Shown here piece by piece: positions 1-10,916 of a stretch of DNA of 64,000 nt. A program made the position numbers and the translations under genes. The notes below the pieces were generated by a model. The model did not search any database. It was not told the origin of the DNA and was given only the letters and a program-made list of their open reading frames with translations. Source of the DNA: Scyliorhinus canicula (taxonomy: Eukaryota); assembly GCF_902713615.1 (NCBI RefSeq), contig NC_052157.1:61654146-61718145 (forward strand), written 5' to 3'. The first letter of the stretch is position 1, and each line of letters starts with the position of its first letter.

Positions 1-800
1 CCCTCTTGCACCCTATCTCAAGCCACAAATTCATCTTATCCATCCTGTCATTCCCAGTCTGACTAGCACATGGCACTGGTAGCAATCCCGAGATTACTAC
101 CTTTGAGGTCCTACTTTTTAGTTTAGCTCAAAACTCCCTAAATTCAGCATAGAGGACCTCATCATGTTTTTTTGCCGATATCGTTGGTGCCTGTATACAC
201 CACAACACCAGGCTGTTCATCCTACCGCTTGAGAAGGTCCTGCAGCCGCTCTGAGACATCCTTGACCTTACACCAGGGAGTCAACATACCATCCTGGAGT
301 CTCGTTTGCATCCTCAGAAACGGCTGACTACTCCCCATACAATTGAATCCCCAATTACTATAGCTCTGCCATTCTTTTTCCTGCTCTCCTGCTCAGCAGA
401 GCCAGCCACGGTGCCATGAACCTGGCTCATGCTGCCTTCCCATGGTGAGCCATCTCCCCCAACAGTATCCAAAATGGGATTCATATTTTGGAGGGAGATG
501 ACTGCTGCAGGGGACCCCTGCTCAGCCTTCCTACTCTTCCTCTGTCTGTTGTTCACCAATTCCCTATCTCCCTCAGTACTCTGCAGTGTGACCAACTCAC
601 TAAACGTGCTATCCATGATTTCCTCAGCATCATGGATGCTCCAAAGTGAGTCCATCCGCAGCTCCAAAGCCATCAAGCGGTCTAACAGGAGCTGCAGCTG
701 CACACACTTGTTGCATGTAAAGGAGTCAGGGACAGTGAACGTTGCCCGAACTCCCACATTGCACAAGAGGAGCATGACACGGGTCTGGGATCTCCTGGCA
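1..800 (-). mobile_element. CR1 LINE 5' fragment (ORF1: Zn-finger/leucine zipper and start of SGNH esterase)
   Basis: ORF 314..844(-) contains C..C..CNKCVQLQLL..ALELRMDSL and AIVIGDSIV, typical of CR1 ORF1 esterase proteins. Confidence 0.8.
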
Positions 801-957
801 TCATTAGCCGCAGTGTCTGTGGAATCACAATCTGATGATTTCACAAAAAAAATCCATTAATGTCACTTAATTCTGCTTGAATGTTATAGAAACTCAAACA
901 TGATCCTTTGGGCCATCCTTCATGGATGTACTTTATCACTTTCTGCAACATTAGGTC

Positions 958-2600
958 TGTGATGATAGGCAGACTATCACCTATATATAATATGAGTAGT
1001 TCATCATCACTGTAAATTCTATGATCTATGATCTCCAGATCTGCATGAGTATTATAAGTTATATATTTTACTTTTGTAGTTCCAGCATCCGACCAGCAGG
1101 TGGGGTGAGTACGGAGTCCCAGGACCCGGATGCACCATGTGTTCCTTCAGAAGGTGTTTGTAAAGAGTTGATAGCAGTCGCAGATTAGTGTTCGACATTT
1201 ATTTCCAACTGTATTCATCATAGACATTTTAGTTATTCGTTAGTATAGTGTTCTTAATAAATAACTTTGTTTATAAAACAAAGTCTAATGTTTTTTGTTC
1301 ACACGACAATATCGAGTTCCCACATCACCCCAATCAAAGAATATTTGTGGTACCTTGGAGTGGATGGTGAAAGAGAACAGTTGGGGAAAGTTAGATACGT
1401 CGAGAATACACAAGAGAGCAAGCGGAGATTCAAGAAATAAAAATCAGCTGTAAAACAAAATACTACCAGGATCGTTGAGCAAGATGGAAACATAAAAGAT
1501 TCCCAGCCAATTGCTCACGACTGGTAATGTAGATGTGAACTGGCGTGCTTTCAAACTACAGTTCACTTTTTACGGCATGCTCTTGGTCTCCAAGAAGTTT
1601 TGGACGAGAATAAACTAGCACTCCTAATGATAGTAGCCGGTCCCCAAGCAAGTGATCTGTATAATACTTTTCAGTTTGCTTCAGAGAAAGACAAGAAGCT
1701 CTACTCAAAAATAATCGAGCAATTCGATAACTTTTGCCATCCGGAAAAGAACAAAACTTTTGAGCGTTATGTATTCAGGATGAGACTGTAGAAATCGAGC
1801 GCAACATTTGACTGTTTTGTCACGGATCTACGTCTCAAAGCGCAGTCCTGCAATTTTGCAGACCTCCATGGTTCATTGATAAAAGACTAAATTGTGTGCG
1901 GTCTGCAATGTGATAAATTACGTGAGCGATTGCTGAGGGAAAGCGATTTAAAACTAGCAGATGCCATTAAAATCTGCAAGGCCTGTGAGATAGCACAAAA
2001 GAAGATCACTGAGATCCAAACCCGAGAAAGTGGAAAACGAGGGTGGGACTGACGCCATCTTGGCTGTGTAGCAGCAAAATCAGAAATGTGGTCCAGCCGG
2101 CGGCCATTTTAAAAAGATTTCGGAGCACGTATTGTGTGCTGGAGATAAGGCAGAACGCACGGTCCAAGAAAATGACCTGCATTCGGCAAAACCTGTGCCA
2201 GATGTGCAAGAAAAAATCCCTTTGGGCAGTAATCCCTGTTCAAGGAAAGAAGACAATAACCAAAGAGTTTGAATGTAGTAGCCAAGGCAACAAAAACTAG
2301 CGATTCATCAATTATACAAAGTGCAGCCTTGCACAGGTAACATGAAATAAATGATGAACCAAATGGCCCTGAAGGTACTGACTTGGTAAAAATCATTAAT
2401 GAAAATGCTGGTTGGCAAAAAAAAAACTAAAAATTCAGATGGTGAAAGCAGCGGATGAGTGGACTATACTGCCCAAAATAAACAGGACCATTGTGAAAGT
2501 TAAGTTAAATACCAGGGCTTGCGCAAACTTAATTAACAAATTCCGATTTGAGGAATTTGAAAATAAGACCGAATATCCAAAACACAGATTGCGACTATAA
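958..2600 (+). mobile_element. Gypsy-type LTR retrotransposon remnant: 5' LTR (from 958), degenerate Leu-type PBS (1348-1363), decayed gag
   Basis: TGTGATGA start; TGGTACC..GGAGTGG after the LTR; gag motifs GNVDVNWRAFK, FDNFCHPEKNKTFERYVF, DLRLKAQSCNF, KLRERLLRE. Confidence 0.75.
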
Positions 2601-3850
2601 GATCATAAGGCATAAGACATAGGAGACGAATTAGGCCTCTCGGCCAAAAGACCATAAGACATAGGAGTCGAATAGGCAACTCGGCCCATCGAGTCTGCTC
2701 CGTCATTCAATCATGGCTGCTATTTTTCAGATCCCCATTCTCCTGCCTTCTCCCACAACTTCTGATCCCCTTATTTTTTTTTTCTATAAATTTAGAGTAC
2801 CCAATTCATCTTTTCCTATTACAGGTCAATTTAGCGTGGCCAATCCACCTACCCTGCACATCTTTTGGGTTTTGGGGGCGAAACCCATGCAAACACAGAG
2901 AGAATGTGCAAACTCCACACGGACAGTGACCCAGAGCCGTGTTTGAACCTGGGACCTCGGAGCCGTGAGGCAGCAGGGCTAATCCACTGCTCCACCGTGC
3001 TGCCCTGTGAGACCATTATTAATCAAGAATTTATATATCTCTGTCTCAAAGACACTCAATGAGTTGGCCTCCACAGCCTTCTGTGGCAGAGTTCCACAGA
3101 TTCACCACCCTCTGGTTGAAGAAATTCCTCCTCATCTCTGCTTTGAAGGATCGTCCTTTAATCTGAGATTGTGTCCTCTGCTTCTAGTTTGTCCGACAAG
3201 TGGAAACATCCTCTCCAGATCCACTATATCCAGGTCTCGCAGCATCCTGTAAGCTTCTATAAGATTCCCCCCCTCACGTTTGGAGGGCCGAAGGGCCTGT
3301 TCCTCTGCTGTATTGTTATTTGTTCTTTGAGTACAGACCCAGAGTCCTCAACTGTTCTTCGGTCCAAGGATCATACTTGTGAAACTCCTCTGGACCCTTT
3401 CCAATGCCAGCACATCTTTCCTTAAGATACATGGTCCAAAACTGCTCACAGTACTCCAAATGGGGTTTGACCAGAGCCTTATGCAGCCTCAGAATTACAT
3501 TCCTGGTCTTGTATTCTAGCCCTCTTGACATGTAAGCTAACATTGCATTTGCCTTCCTAACTGCCAACTGAACCTACACGTTAACCTTAGGAGAATCGTG
3601 AACAAGGATTCTCATCCCTTTGTGCTTCTGATTTCTGAAGCAATTCCCCATTTAGAAAATAGTCTGTGCCTCTATTCCTCCTTCCAAAGTGCATAACCTC
3701 ACACTTTCATATCCTTGTATATTTAGATCCCAGCCCTGAGCCCCTTGCAGCCATGACTCTGTGATGCCCACAACATGGCCAATTTCAATGTGCACAACTA
3801 GCTCATTTCCCTTGTTCCATACACTGCACGCATTTAGGCACAACACCCTC
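2601..3850 (-). mobile_element. CR1 (HER1-like) LINE 3' fragments
   Basis: ORF 3316..3567(-) KANAMLAYMSRGLEYK..LVKPHLEYC is the CR1 RT C-terminus; a CR1-type 3' tail lies at the left end. Confidence 0.8.
2790..3005 (-). mobile_element. HE1/V-SINE-like tRNA-derived SINE
   Basis: Minus strand reads GGCAGCACGGTGG..GGTCCCAGGTTCAA..GGTCACTGTCCGTGTGGAGTTTGCAC..TGGATTGGCCACGCTAAATTG; the same unit recurs more than ten times in the window. Confidence 0.85.
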
Positions 3851-3929
3851 AGTCCTGCATTGATCCCTTCTCCCACTTTTCACCTTTTTTGCTCTTCCTG
3901 AGGGTGAAGTTGTTCTCATATTTTATAAT

Positions 3930-5760
3930 GACAAATATATCACAGACTTCATCAGTATGTGTGTCGAGGATTGCGTGCAAAAGAAGACAAAACAGGTGTT
4001 GCCCAATCGGAAACCCTGGTTTAACCAAAGGGCCCACTCCCTGCTGACGTCCCGGATGGAGGCGTTCAAGTCTGACGACCCTGACCTATGTAAGAAATCC
4101 TGACGCATGTAATGTCATCAGAAACATTAAAAGACAATACCGCATCAAACTAGAGTCCCAGGCCAACGACACAAACCCACAACATCAATGTCAGGGCTTA
4201 AAATGAGATCACAGGCAAAAAGCAAGGTCAGGCGGATTCTCTGGGGCTGGAGCATCCCTCCCCGATGAACTGAACAAGTTCTATGCCCACATTGAACAGT
4301 CAGCCAATACATCACTGCCAGCCGCCCCAACAACCCTGGACACACCCATACCCACTATTGCAGCCTCGGAGGTAAGAGCTGCCTTCTTGAAAGTTAACCC
4401 GCGGAAAGCAACGGGCCCCTGGGCAAGATCTCAGAGCCTGCGCTGACCAGCTGGCCAGTGTATTCGCAGATATATGCAACACCTCACTTCTCCGCTCCGA
4501 GGTCCCCACCTGCTTCAAGGAGACCATCATAATACCAGTACCAAAGAAGAACAAGGTAGCCTGCCTCAACGACTACCGACTGGTAGCCCTACGTCTGTTA
4601 TCATGAAATGCTTCGAGCGGCTAGTCACGAGATGGATCAATGCCAGGTTTCCAGACGGTCTCGATCCATTACAGTTCGCCTACCGTGGCAACCCATCCAC
4701 GGAAAATGCTATCTCTATGGCCCTACAATCAACACTCGAACATCTCGACAACAAGAACACCTATGTAAGACTGCTGTTCATAAACGACAGCTCTGCCTTC
4801 AACACCATTATCCCGACAAGACTACTAACCAAACTCTGCAACCTTGGACTTGACCCATCCCTGTGCAGCTCGATCCTTGACTTCTTCACCAACAGAAGGC
4901 AATCTGTCAGGATAGGTAACACTACCTCCTCCCCAATAGTCCTCAATAGTCCCCGCAAGGATGTGTGCTCAGTCCTCTACTGTACTCCCTATACACACCC
5001 AACTGTGGCAAGATTAAACTCCAATTTGATCTAAAAGTTTGCAGATGATACGACTGTGGTGGTATCTCAAACAACGATGAATCAGACTACAGAAGGGACA
5101 TAGGTCATTTGGTTGCATGGTGTACCGAAAACAACCTCTCTCTAAATATTGGAAAGGCCAAGGAACTGATCATCGACTTCAGGAAGCGTAGCACACCCCC
5201 CCCCCCCCCCCCCGCCCCCCCCCCCCCCCCCCCCGCCCCCCCTCCCCGATGGCTCCGAAGTGGAGATGATCGATAGCTTTAAGTTCCTGGGAGGTCACCA
5301 GACCTACAGTCTGGCCTGGTCCACTCACGTTGATGCAACAGACAAGAAAGCTCAGCAATGTCTCTACTCCCCACAGAAGCTAAAGAAATTCAGCATGTCT
5401 GCATCGACTCTCACAAACCTCTACAGATGTGCCAGAGCGAGCATCCTATCCGGCTGCAACGCAGCTTGGTACGGCAACTGCTCGGTCCAAGATCGCAAGA
5501 AACTGCAGAGTGTGGCACACTCAACCCAACGCATCACACAAGCTTGTCATCCTCCCATTGATTCTGTCTGCACCTCCTTCTGCCTCAGGAAGGCAGACAG
5601 CATTATCAGAGACCCTTTACACCCAGGCTTTGCCCTCTTCTAGACCCTTCCATCAGGCAGAAGATGCAGACGTCTAAAGACCCGCCCATCTAGATACAGG
5701 AACAGCTTCTTCCAGACAGCTACTAGACCCCTCAACAACTCTCACCTCAAACTGATCTGT
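3930..5760 (+). mobile_element. Rex1/Babar-clade LINE, degenerate ORF2 (RT)
   Basis: [60 protein letters not shown] and SFKFLG across frameshifts. Confidence 0.8.
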
Positions 5761-6013
5761 TCCTTGTAAGCACACTATTCACATCACCCTGTGCTGGTCT
5801 TGCTCATATATTTGCTTGTTTGGCCCTTGTTCTAACCGCATTGTAACCAATCACTATTTGTTGATGTCCCATTTGTCAATGTACTCTGTTGATTCTTCTT
5901 TTGTCTACTATGTACGGACTGTGTATGTTCCCTTGGCCGCAGAAAAATACTTTTCACTGTACTTCGGTACATGTGACAATAAATATCAATTAATCAATCA
6001 ATATCATTGAGGA

Positions 6014-6560
6014 TGTGAAGCAAGGGTTAATAGCTAGAAAGAGCCAGAATGACCGGGATACATTAGTGGAAAATCACAAAGTAGAGGAATGTGTTATTGA
6101 AGCCATTGAAGGAGAATGAACTTGCTCAGATAAGGGAGTGATGTTTGAAGTCGTGAGCCGATTCATGACTATAAGCTGAACAGCCTTGAGAAACAAGGAG
6201 CATGGCCGGATGACAGGATATGTAATATGGGAGCTGCTTGCAACTATAGCTAACACCTGTTAATTAAGCTAAAACTGATACATACTCATGTGCCAATAGA
6301 TAACCTCAAAGTCTGGAACTATTGCAATAACAAATCTATGCTTTGTAATGTGGGCAAGCTCAAGTGAATGTAAGAGACAACCCCTTAAAAAACATATAAA
6401 AAAGGGATGTTTTGAGCAAGTCTTTGGCACTCTCAGAGGTGTTTCTTCGAAATACCTAGAGAGCGGCCCCGATCGTAATAAAGAATATTCTGAAGTACGG
6501 ACGTGTTCGAGACCATTTATTCCGGACTGAGAGACAAGTCACATTAGAGACGCATTCACA
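6014..6560 (+). mobile_element. Endogenous retrovirus 5' LTR (547 bp)
   Basis: TGTGAA...TTCACA inverted termini, AATAAA near 6477, immediately followed by a tRNA PBS. Confidence 0.75.
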
Positions 6561-6563
6561 TTT

Positions 6564-6582
6564 TGGTGGCAGCGGTGGGATT
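6564..6582 (+). promoter_or_regulatory. Primer-binding site complementary to the tRNA-Leu(AAG) 3' end
   Basis: TGGTGGCAGCGGTGGGATT is the reverse complement of ...AATCCCACCGCTGCCACCA and starts 3 nt after the LTR CA. Confidence 0.85.
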
Positions 6583-8419
6583 TCAAAGAGTTTCCACTGA
6601 GACTGGCGGCATAAGTGACTGATCGAGTTCGGGAGCGAAGGAGGAATTGGGGAGGGTGTGTAGCCCCTTCAGTTATAGCTACAGAAGAGGTTTCGGCATC
6701 ATCATGATCCTTGCTTTTGTCTAAAAGTGCCCCCGCGATAAGAGGCTTTAGAAGGGTGCGTGATCAACCCTAAGGTAATAATATAACAAGGACATTATAA
6801 CCTTGTAGTTAGATAGGCTTGCAGGCACGGATGAGCCTACTTGAATTGGCCAACGGAGCAGGATAACTCCATTTAAATTCATGATTGGATAAAGTGGTCC
6901 AGGACCATTTCGCCAAATAAACAATAATCGCAAGGATCATTAACTGCCAATAGTGTTAGAGATGGGTAATACGTTAGATACAACCTCTGATAGTGGAAGC
7001 GCGCTTCAAACCTTGTGTGAACAATATCCGGAATATTCCAAACAACTGAGACAATTGTCAGGAGAATTGCATAAAAATTTAGGAGAAGAAAAATGGCCAC
7101 TGGGGGGAAAACTAATGCATTAAAATTGGGTATAAAATTGACAGAGAAAGGAATAGTTAAAACAGCCAAGGTCTTAAAAAAAAAGGAATGCGCATATGGG
7201 AAAATAACCAAGTCATTAGGCTATCCGCCTTGAATCTGTATATTAATCCATGTGAGTTTAAGCTTAAGTGGGATAAGATGCTGTCAGGGACTGCGGAGTT
7301 CACAGAACGTATCTCCCAGAATTCTGACATAATAAACTGCTTTGTTACTGATACTCAGGCCTTGGTGTGAATATTTTCACCCCTAACATTTAGTGTAAGT
7401 CTGGAAGGATTTGCTGAGCTGGACGCCGCTCGAACCGGTGAACAAGGCGAGTAGTCAAACCTTTGTCCACCAAAAATTAGAATCACTCGGCAAGGCGGAC
7501 AGACGGTGAAGTAATATCCAACAAATCTGTTATCAAGGCCAAATGAGTAAAAGAGTCAGTTTTAAATTTTTTTTTTGGTTTTTGAAAAGCAAAATACTCT
7601 GGTTAAAAAAACAATGATCAAAGATGGGTGTGATTTCTGTGGAACAGAGAAAAATGGTGAGATACACAGAAATAAAGATAAGACAAATAAAGTTAGAAGC
7701 ACAAATGTCATAAATTAAACCTTCACACCATTTGGAAGACAGGCTGGTTTAAAGGAATTGAGCTCTAACTCCTTTAAGTATAGCAATAAAGTGGGTAAAG
7801 ATAGCGTAAAGACATCACAAAACTGCCAACAACTACGGCTAATGGCTGTCCCGGAATGTCTCAAGGAGGAAAAAAAAAAATCAAATTAAGTGAAGTCCAA
7901 AAGATCAGAAAGGGGCTAAAACACTCCATTAGTTTTGTTCAGGAATATCTGAGGATGACTAATCCCCCCTCCCAAAATGAAAAAATGGGGAGGGAAATCA
8001 GTACAAGATTACGGTTACAAACTTAACAATGGCTACATGTCGAGAATAACTTCAGATAAATTCGGCAGTAATTCAACTCATTTGAAATAAAAGAAAAATA
8101 AACATCCAGTAATGTCTCTTTCCAAAAAACGGTTAAATAACGAACATTGAAAATTGAAAGAAAGGATGGATAATGGTTGAGGTCACGTAGCGGATGGAGA
8201 TGGCATCATGCCAAGTTCTCCACCACTTTCAATTCTGTACAAAAATTTAACCATTTCAGCAAGCAGGTCACCTGCACAAAGAAATATACGTCTCTAAGAA
8301 TAGCTAATGCCTCAAAAATTAATCAGTGGAAATGGACTTAAATGGAATAACACAGATTAAGTTTTCGAAGGAGAATGAAAAATGTTGTTCAGTAATTTAA
8401 TTGAGCTCCATTTTAGAGA

Positions 8420-8650
8420 AAGAGTGAGAGGGTTAGAGAGCGAGAGAGCCAGAGACAGAGAGAGGGACTGATAGAGACAGCAAAAGTTGAGAGAGCGAAA
8501 GAGAGCGAGTCAGGGAGAGACAGAGACGGGGAGGGGTAGTTAGATAAAGAGAAAAAGCGACAAGAGTTCCAGAGACAGAGTTACGTAGATAGATAGACAG
8601 AACGAGAGAGAGAGAGAGAGAGAGTTTTAGGCATCTATAGAGAGGGAGGG
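8420..8650. repeat. GA-rich degenerate microsatellite
   Basis: Imperfect (GA)n/(GAGACA)n run. Confidence 0.85.
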
Positions 8651-9561
8651 AGTTTTAGGCATCTAAACTTTGTTCTGAACTATTCACTGTCTCTGTTTTT
8701 AGACTTTGACTTCAGACTTTGACTTTTAAAAGTTTTGTTCCAAGCTGTGATTATTTGAAAGCTTCAAATTGTCTACGCATTGCCTTTAAAGATTATAGTT
8801 TGAGTACAGTTAACATTTTTTTCTTTTCAAAGGCTATCATTGGCATTTCCAGGGTAATTTTGATACACAAGGAATTTTAATCACGTATGTAAGAATAAGA
8901 AAATATTAGTTTTATGGTGTTCAGTGGAAGTTAGGATAGCTGAAATACATATGACAAATATGATCAAGCCGGTGTTTCACTAGTTCAGGGTTAAAACTTC
9001 CCTGACACAAATAATCATCAGTAGGGTGAAACTAACCTGTCTCACAACGCAGATGTTTTAAATATGAGATTGCAGAATTACTTATAAACAGATGGGTAAA
9101 TGAAATATGTCCATGATCACGCAAAATTGGTTCACTCAAGAGTTTCAATAACATATTGTGTTCGCTGAAAGACTTGATAACGGGAATTTGGCAGCACTCC
9201 AACTTTTACTCCCAGTCCATTTGAGTGAAAAATATAAAAAAAAGTTTAGAGATGCGAATGGCATCATTCCAACTTATCCACCCACTATACGCCCCTTTTT
9301 GTCTCTGCAAGAAAATTAACCCTTTCAGCAAGCTTTTGTGTGTAATCCAGAAGATGTCTTGACACTCCCATGCTGGGTTTTCCTGCGAGCTCTGGCCCTT
9401 TTAATTCTGATAAAGTAATGAACAGTCCACACAGCTGAAGATGCATTTTAATTGGAACTTACAAATCTTAAGTTTTGAATTTTCACCCTCTTAACGACCC
9501 AGACCTGACCATGTTCACAGATGGAAGTGCTTCCATCGGTGAAAGGGGGGAGCGGTTATCA

Positions 9562-9790
9562 GGAGACAGTAGAATCAGCAGCATTTGAAACTGGGGAGAC
9601 AGTAGAATCAGCAGCATTTGAAACTGGGGAGACAGTAAAATCAGCAGCATTTGAAACTGGGGAGACAGTAGAATCAGCAGCATTTGAAACTGGGGAGACA
9701 GTAAAATCAGCAGCATTTGAAACTGGGGAGACAGTAGAATCAGCAGCATTTGAAACTGGGGAGACAGTAGAATCAGCAGCATTTGAAACT
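9562..9790 (+). repeat. 33-bp tandem repeat (about 7 copies) encoding ETGETV(E/K)SAAF inside the ERV RNase H
   Basis: Unit GAAACTGGGGAGACAGTA(G/A)AATCAGCAGCATTT repeated nearly perfectly. Confidence 0.95.
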
Positions 9791-9889
9791 CCATTCTCGG
9801 CCCAACAAGCAGAATTGTTCGCACTAATACGTGCATGCGCACTAGGAGCAGGCAAAAAATTAAATATTTATACAGACTCCAGATATCAT

Positions 9890-10916
9890 TACTGACATAA
9901 TCCAGCTACAGGAGGACGCTCCTGCTAGCGATAAGAGTTCGCGATGCGGGGCCGGGCTGCCGGGGGTGTTAGGACTGGCCGCAGAAATAGCAGGGTAGCC
10001 CCCCCATGGTGGGCGGGCGGCCGCGCAGCACAGGCCTGGGGTAGCCTTTGGTTGGAGGTCCACAAGGGGGTCGCGTGGTCAGCCGGGAACGCGTTAAGGC
10101 TCTGGAGCACTACTTCCAGAGAGGAGGCTAACTTTACCGTCTGATCCAGGTCCCGGGCCCCTTTCTCGTATATGCGTTATCTCACGTAGTTGGACTGGAC
10201 TCCTGCCACGTAGACGTCTCAGACGGCGAGTTCCATATGTTGAGTGGCTATAACAGCCTGGTAGTTGCAGCTGCGTGCGAGGACTTTGAGTTCGCATAGG
10301 TAGTCTTCTAGCGATTCCCTGGGACGCTGGCGGTGGGTGGTGAGGATGTATCGCGCATAGACCTCTTTCACGGGCCGTATATAGAGGCCTTCGAGCATCG
10401 CGAGGGCGTCTGTGTAGGAGGAGGCCCCGTCGAGTTGAACAGAGATTCGATGGCTCACCCGTGCGTGGAGGAGGCTGCGAGATAGGCCTTGAAGCAGCGG
10501 AACCAGTGCGAAAAAATTTATTTCGCCTCCGCGGCCTGCGGATCGAGTTACAGTTGGTCAGGTTTGAGGGCCGATTCCATATTTGCGATTAAGTTGATTA
10601 AATTGATGCGACCATCAATTCACTCGAGACATGAGTAGAAGTAAACCGTGGCTTTAATCAACTTAGAACAGTACCTGCCTGTGACTAATCCAATTCTGAG
10701 ACCCGCCTCCAGGTTGACTGCTCTTTATACCTCCCTTCAAGGGAGTAGCCATGAGCAGAGCCCATACATGCCCCAACATGTTCCCCTGTGGATAATGCCA
10801 TACAATGGCCCATAGGTGGAGCCCACAAGGGCAACAGCATAGCACAGATACAAATACAAGGACAACAGCATAGTACATATACAATGGTGGATTATTGGTA
10901 GAATACATTCACCACA
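9890..10916 (-). mobile_element. Gypsy element: 5' LTR (10604-10916) and truncated gag (ATG at 10580)
   Basis: LTR TGTGG...GCATCA; gag MESALKPDQL.., YARYILTTHRQRPRESLEDY, HMELAV.DVYVAG is homologous to the gag at 62041. Confidence 0.85.

Larger units (their letters stand above)
6583..9890 (+). mobile_element. Class I (gamma/epsilon-like) ERV internal remnant ending in the RNase H domain
   Basis: 9484-9890 encodes HPLNDPDLTMFTDGS...FSAQQAELFALIRAC..GKKLNIYTDSRY (retroviral RNase H); the gag/pro/RT region is decayed and appears largely deleted. Confidence 0.7.

Noticed and set aside
429-860. 143-aa plus-strand ORF
   Set aside because: It is the antisense shadow of CR1 ORF1.
5187-5248. Poly-C tract (also poly-G at ~16637 and ~54467) as a functional G-quadruplex element
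   Set aside because: These are homopolymer expansions inside dead TEs and are error-prone in assemblies.
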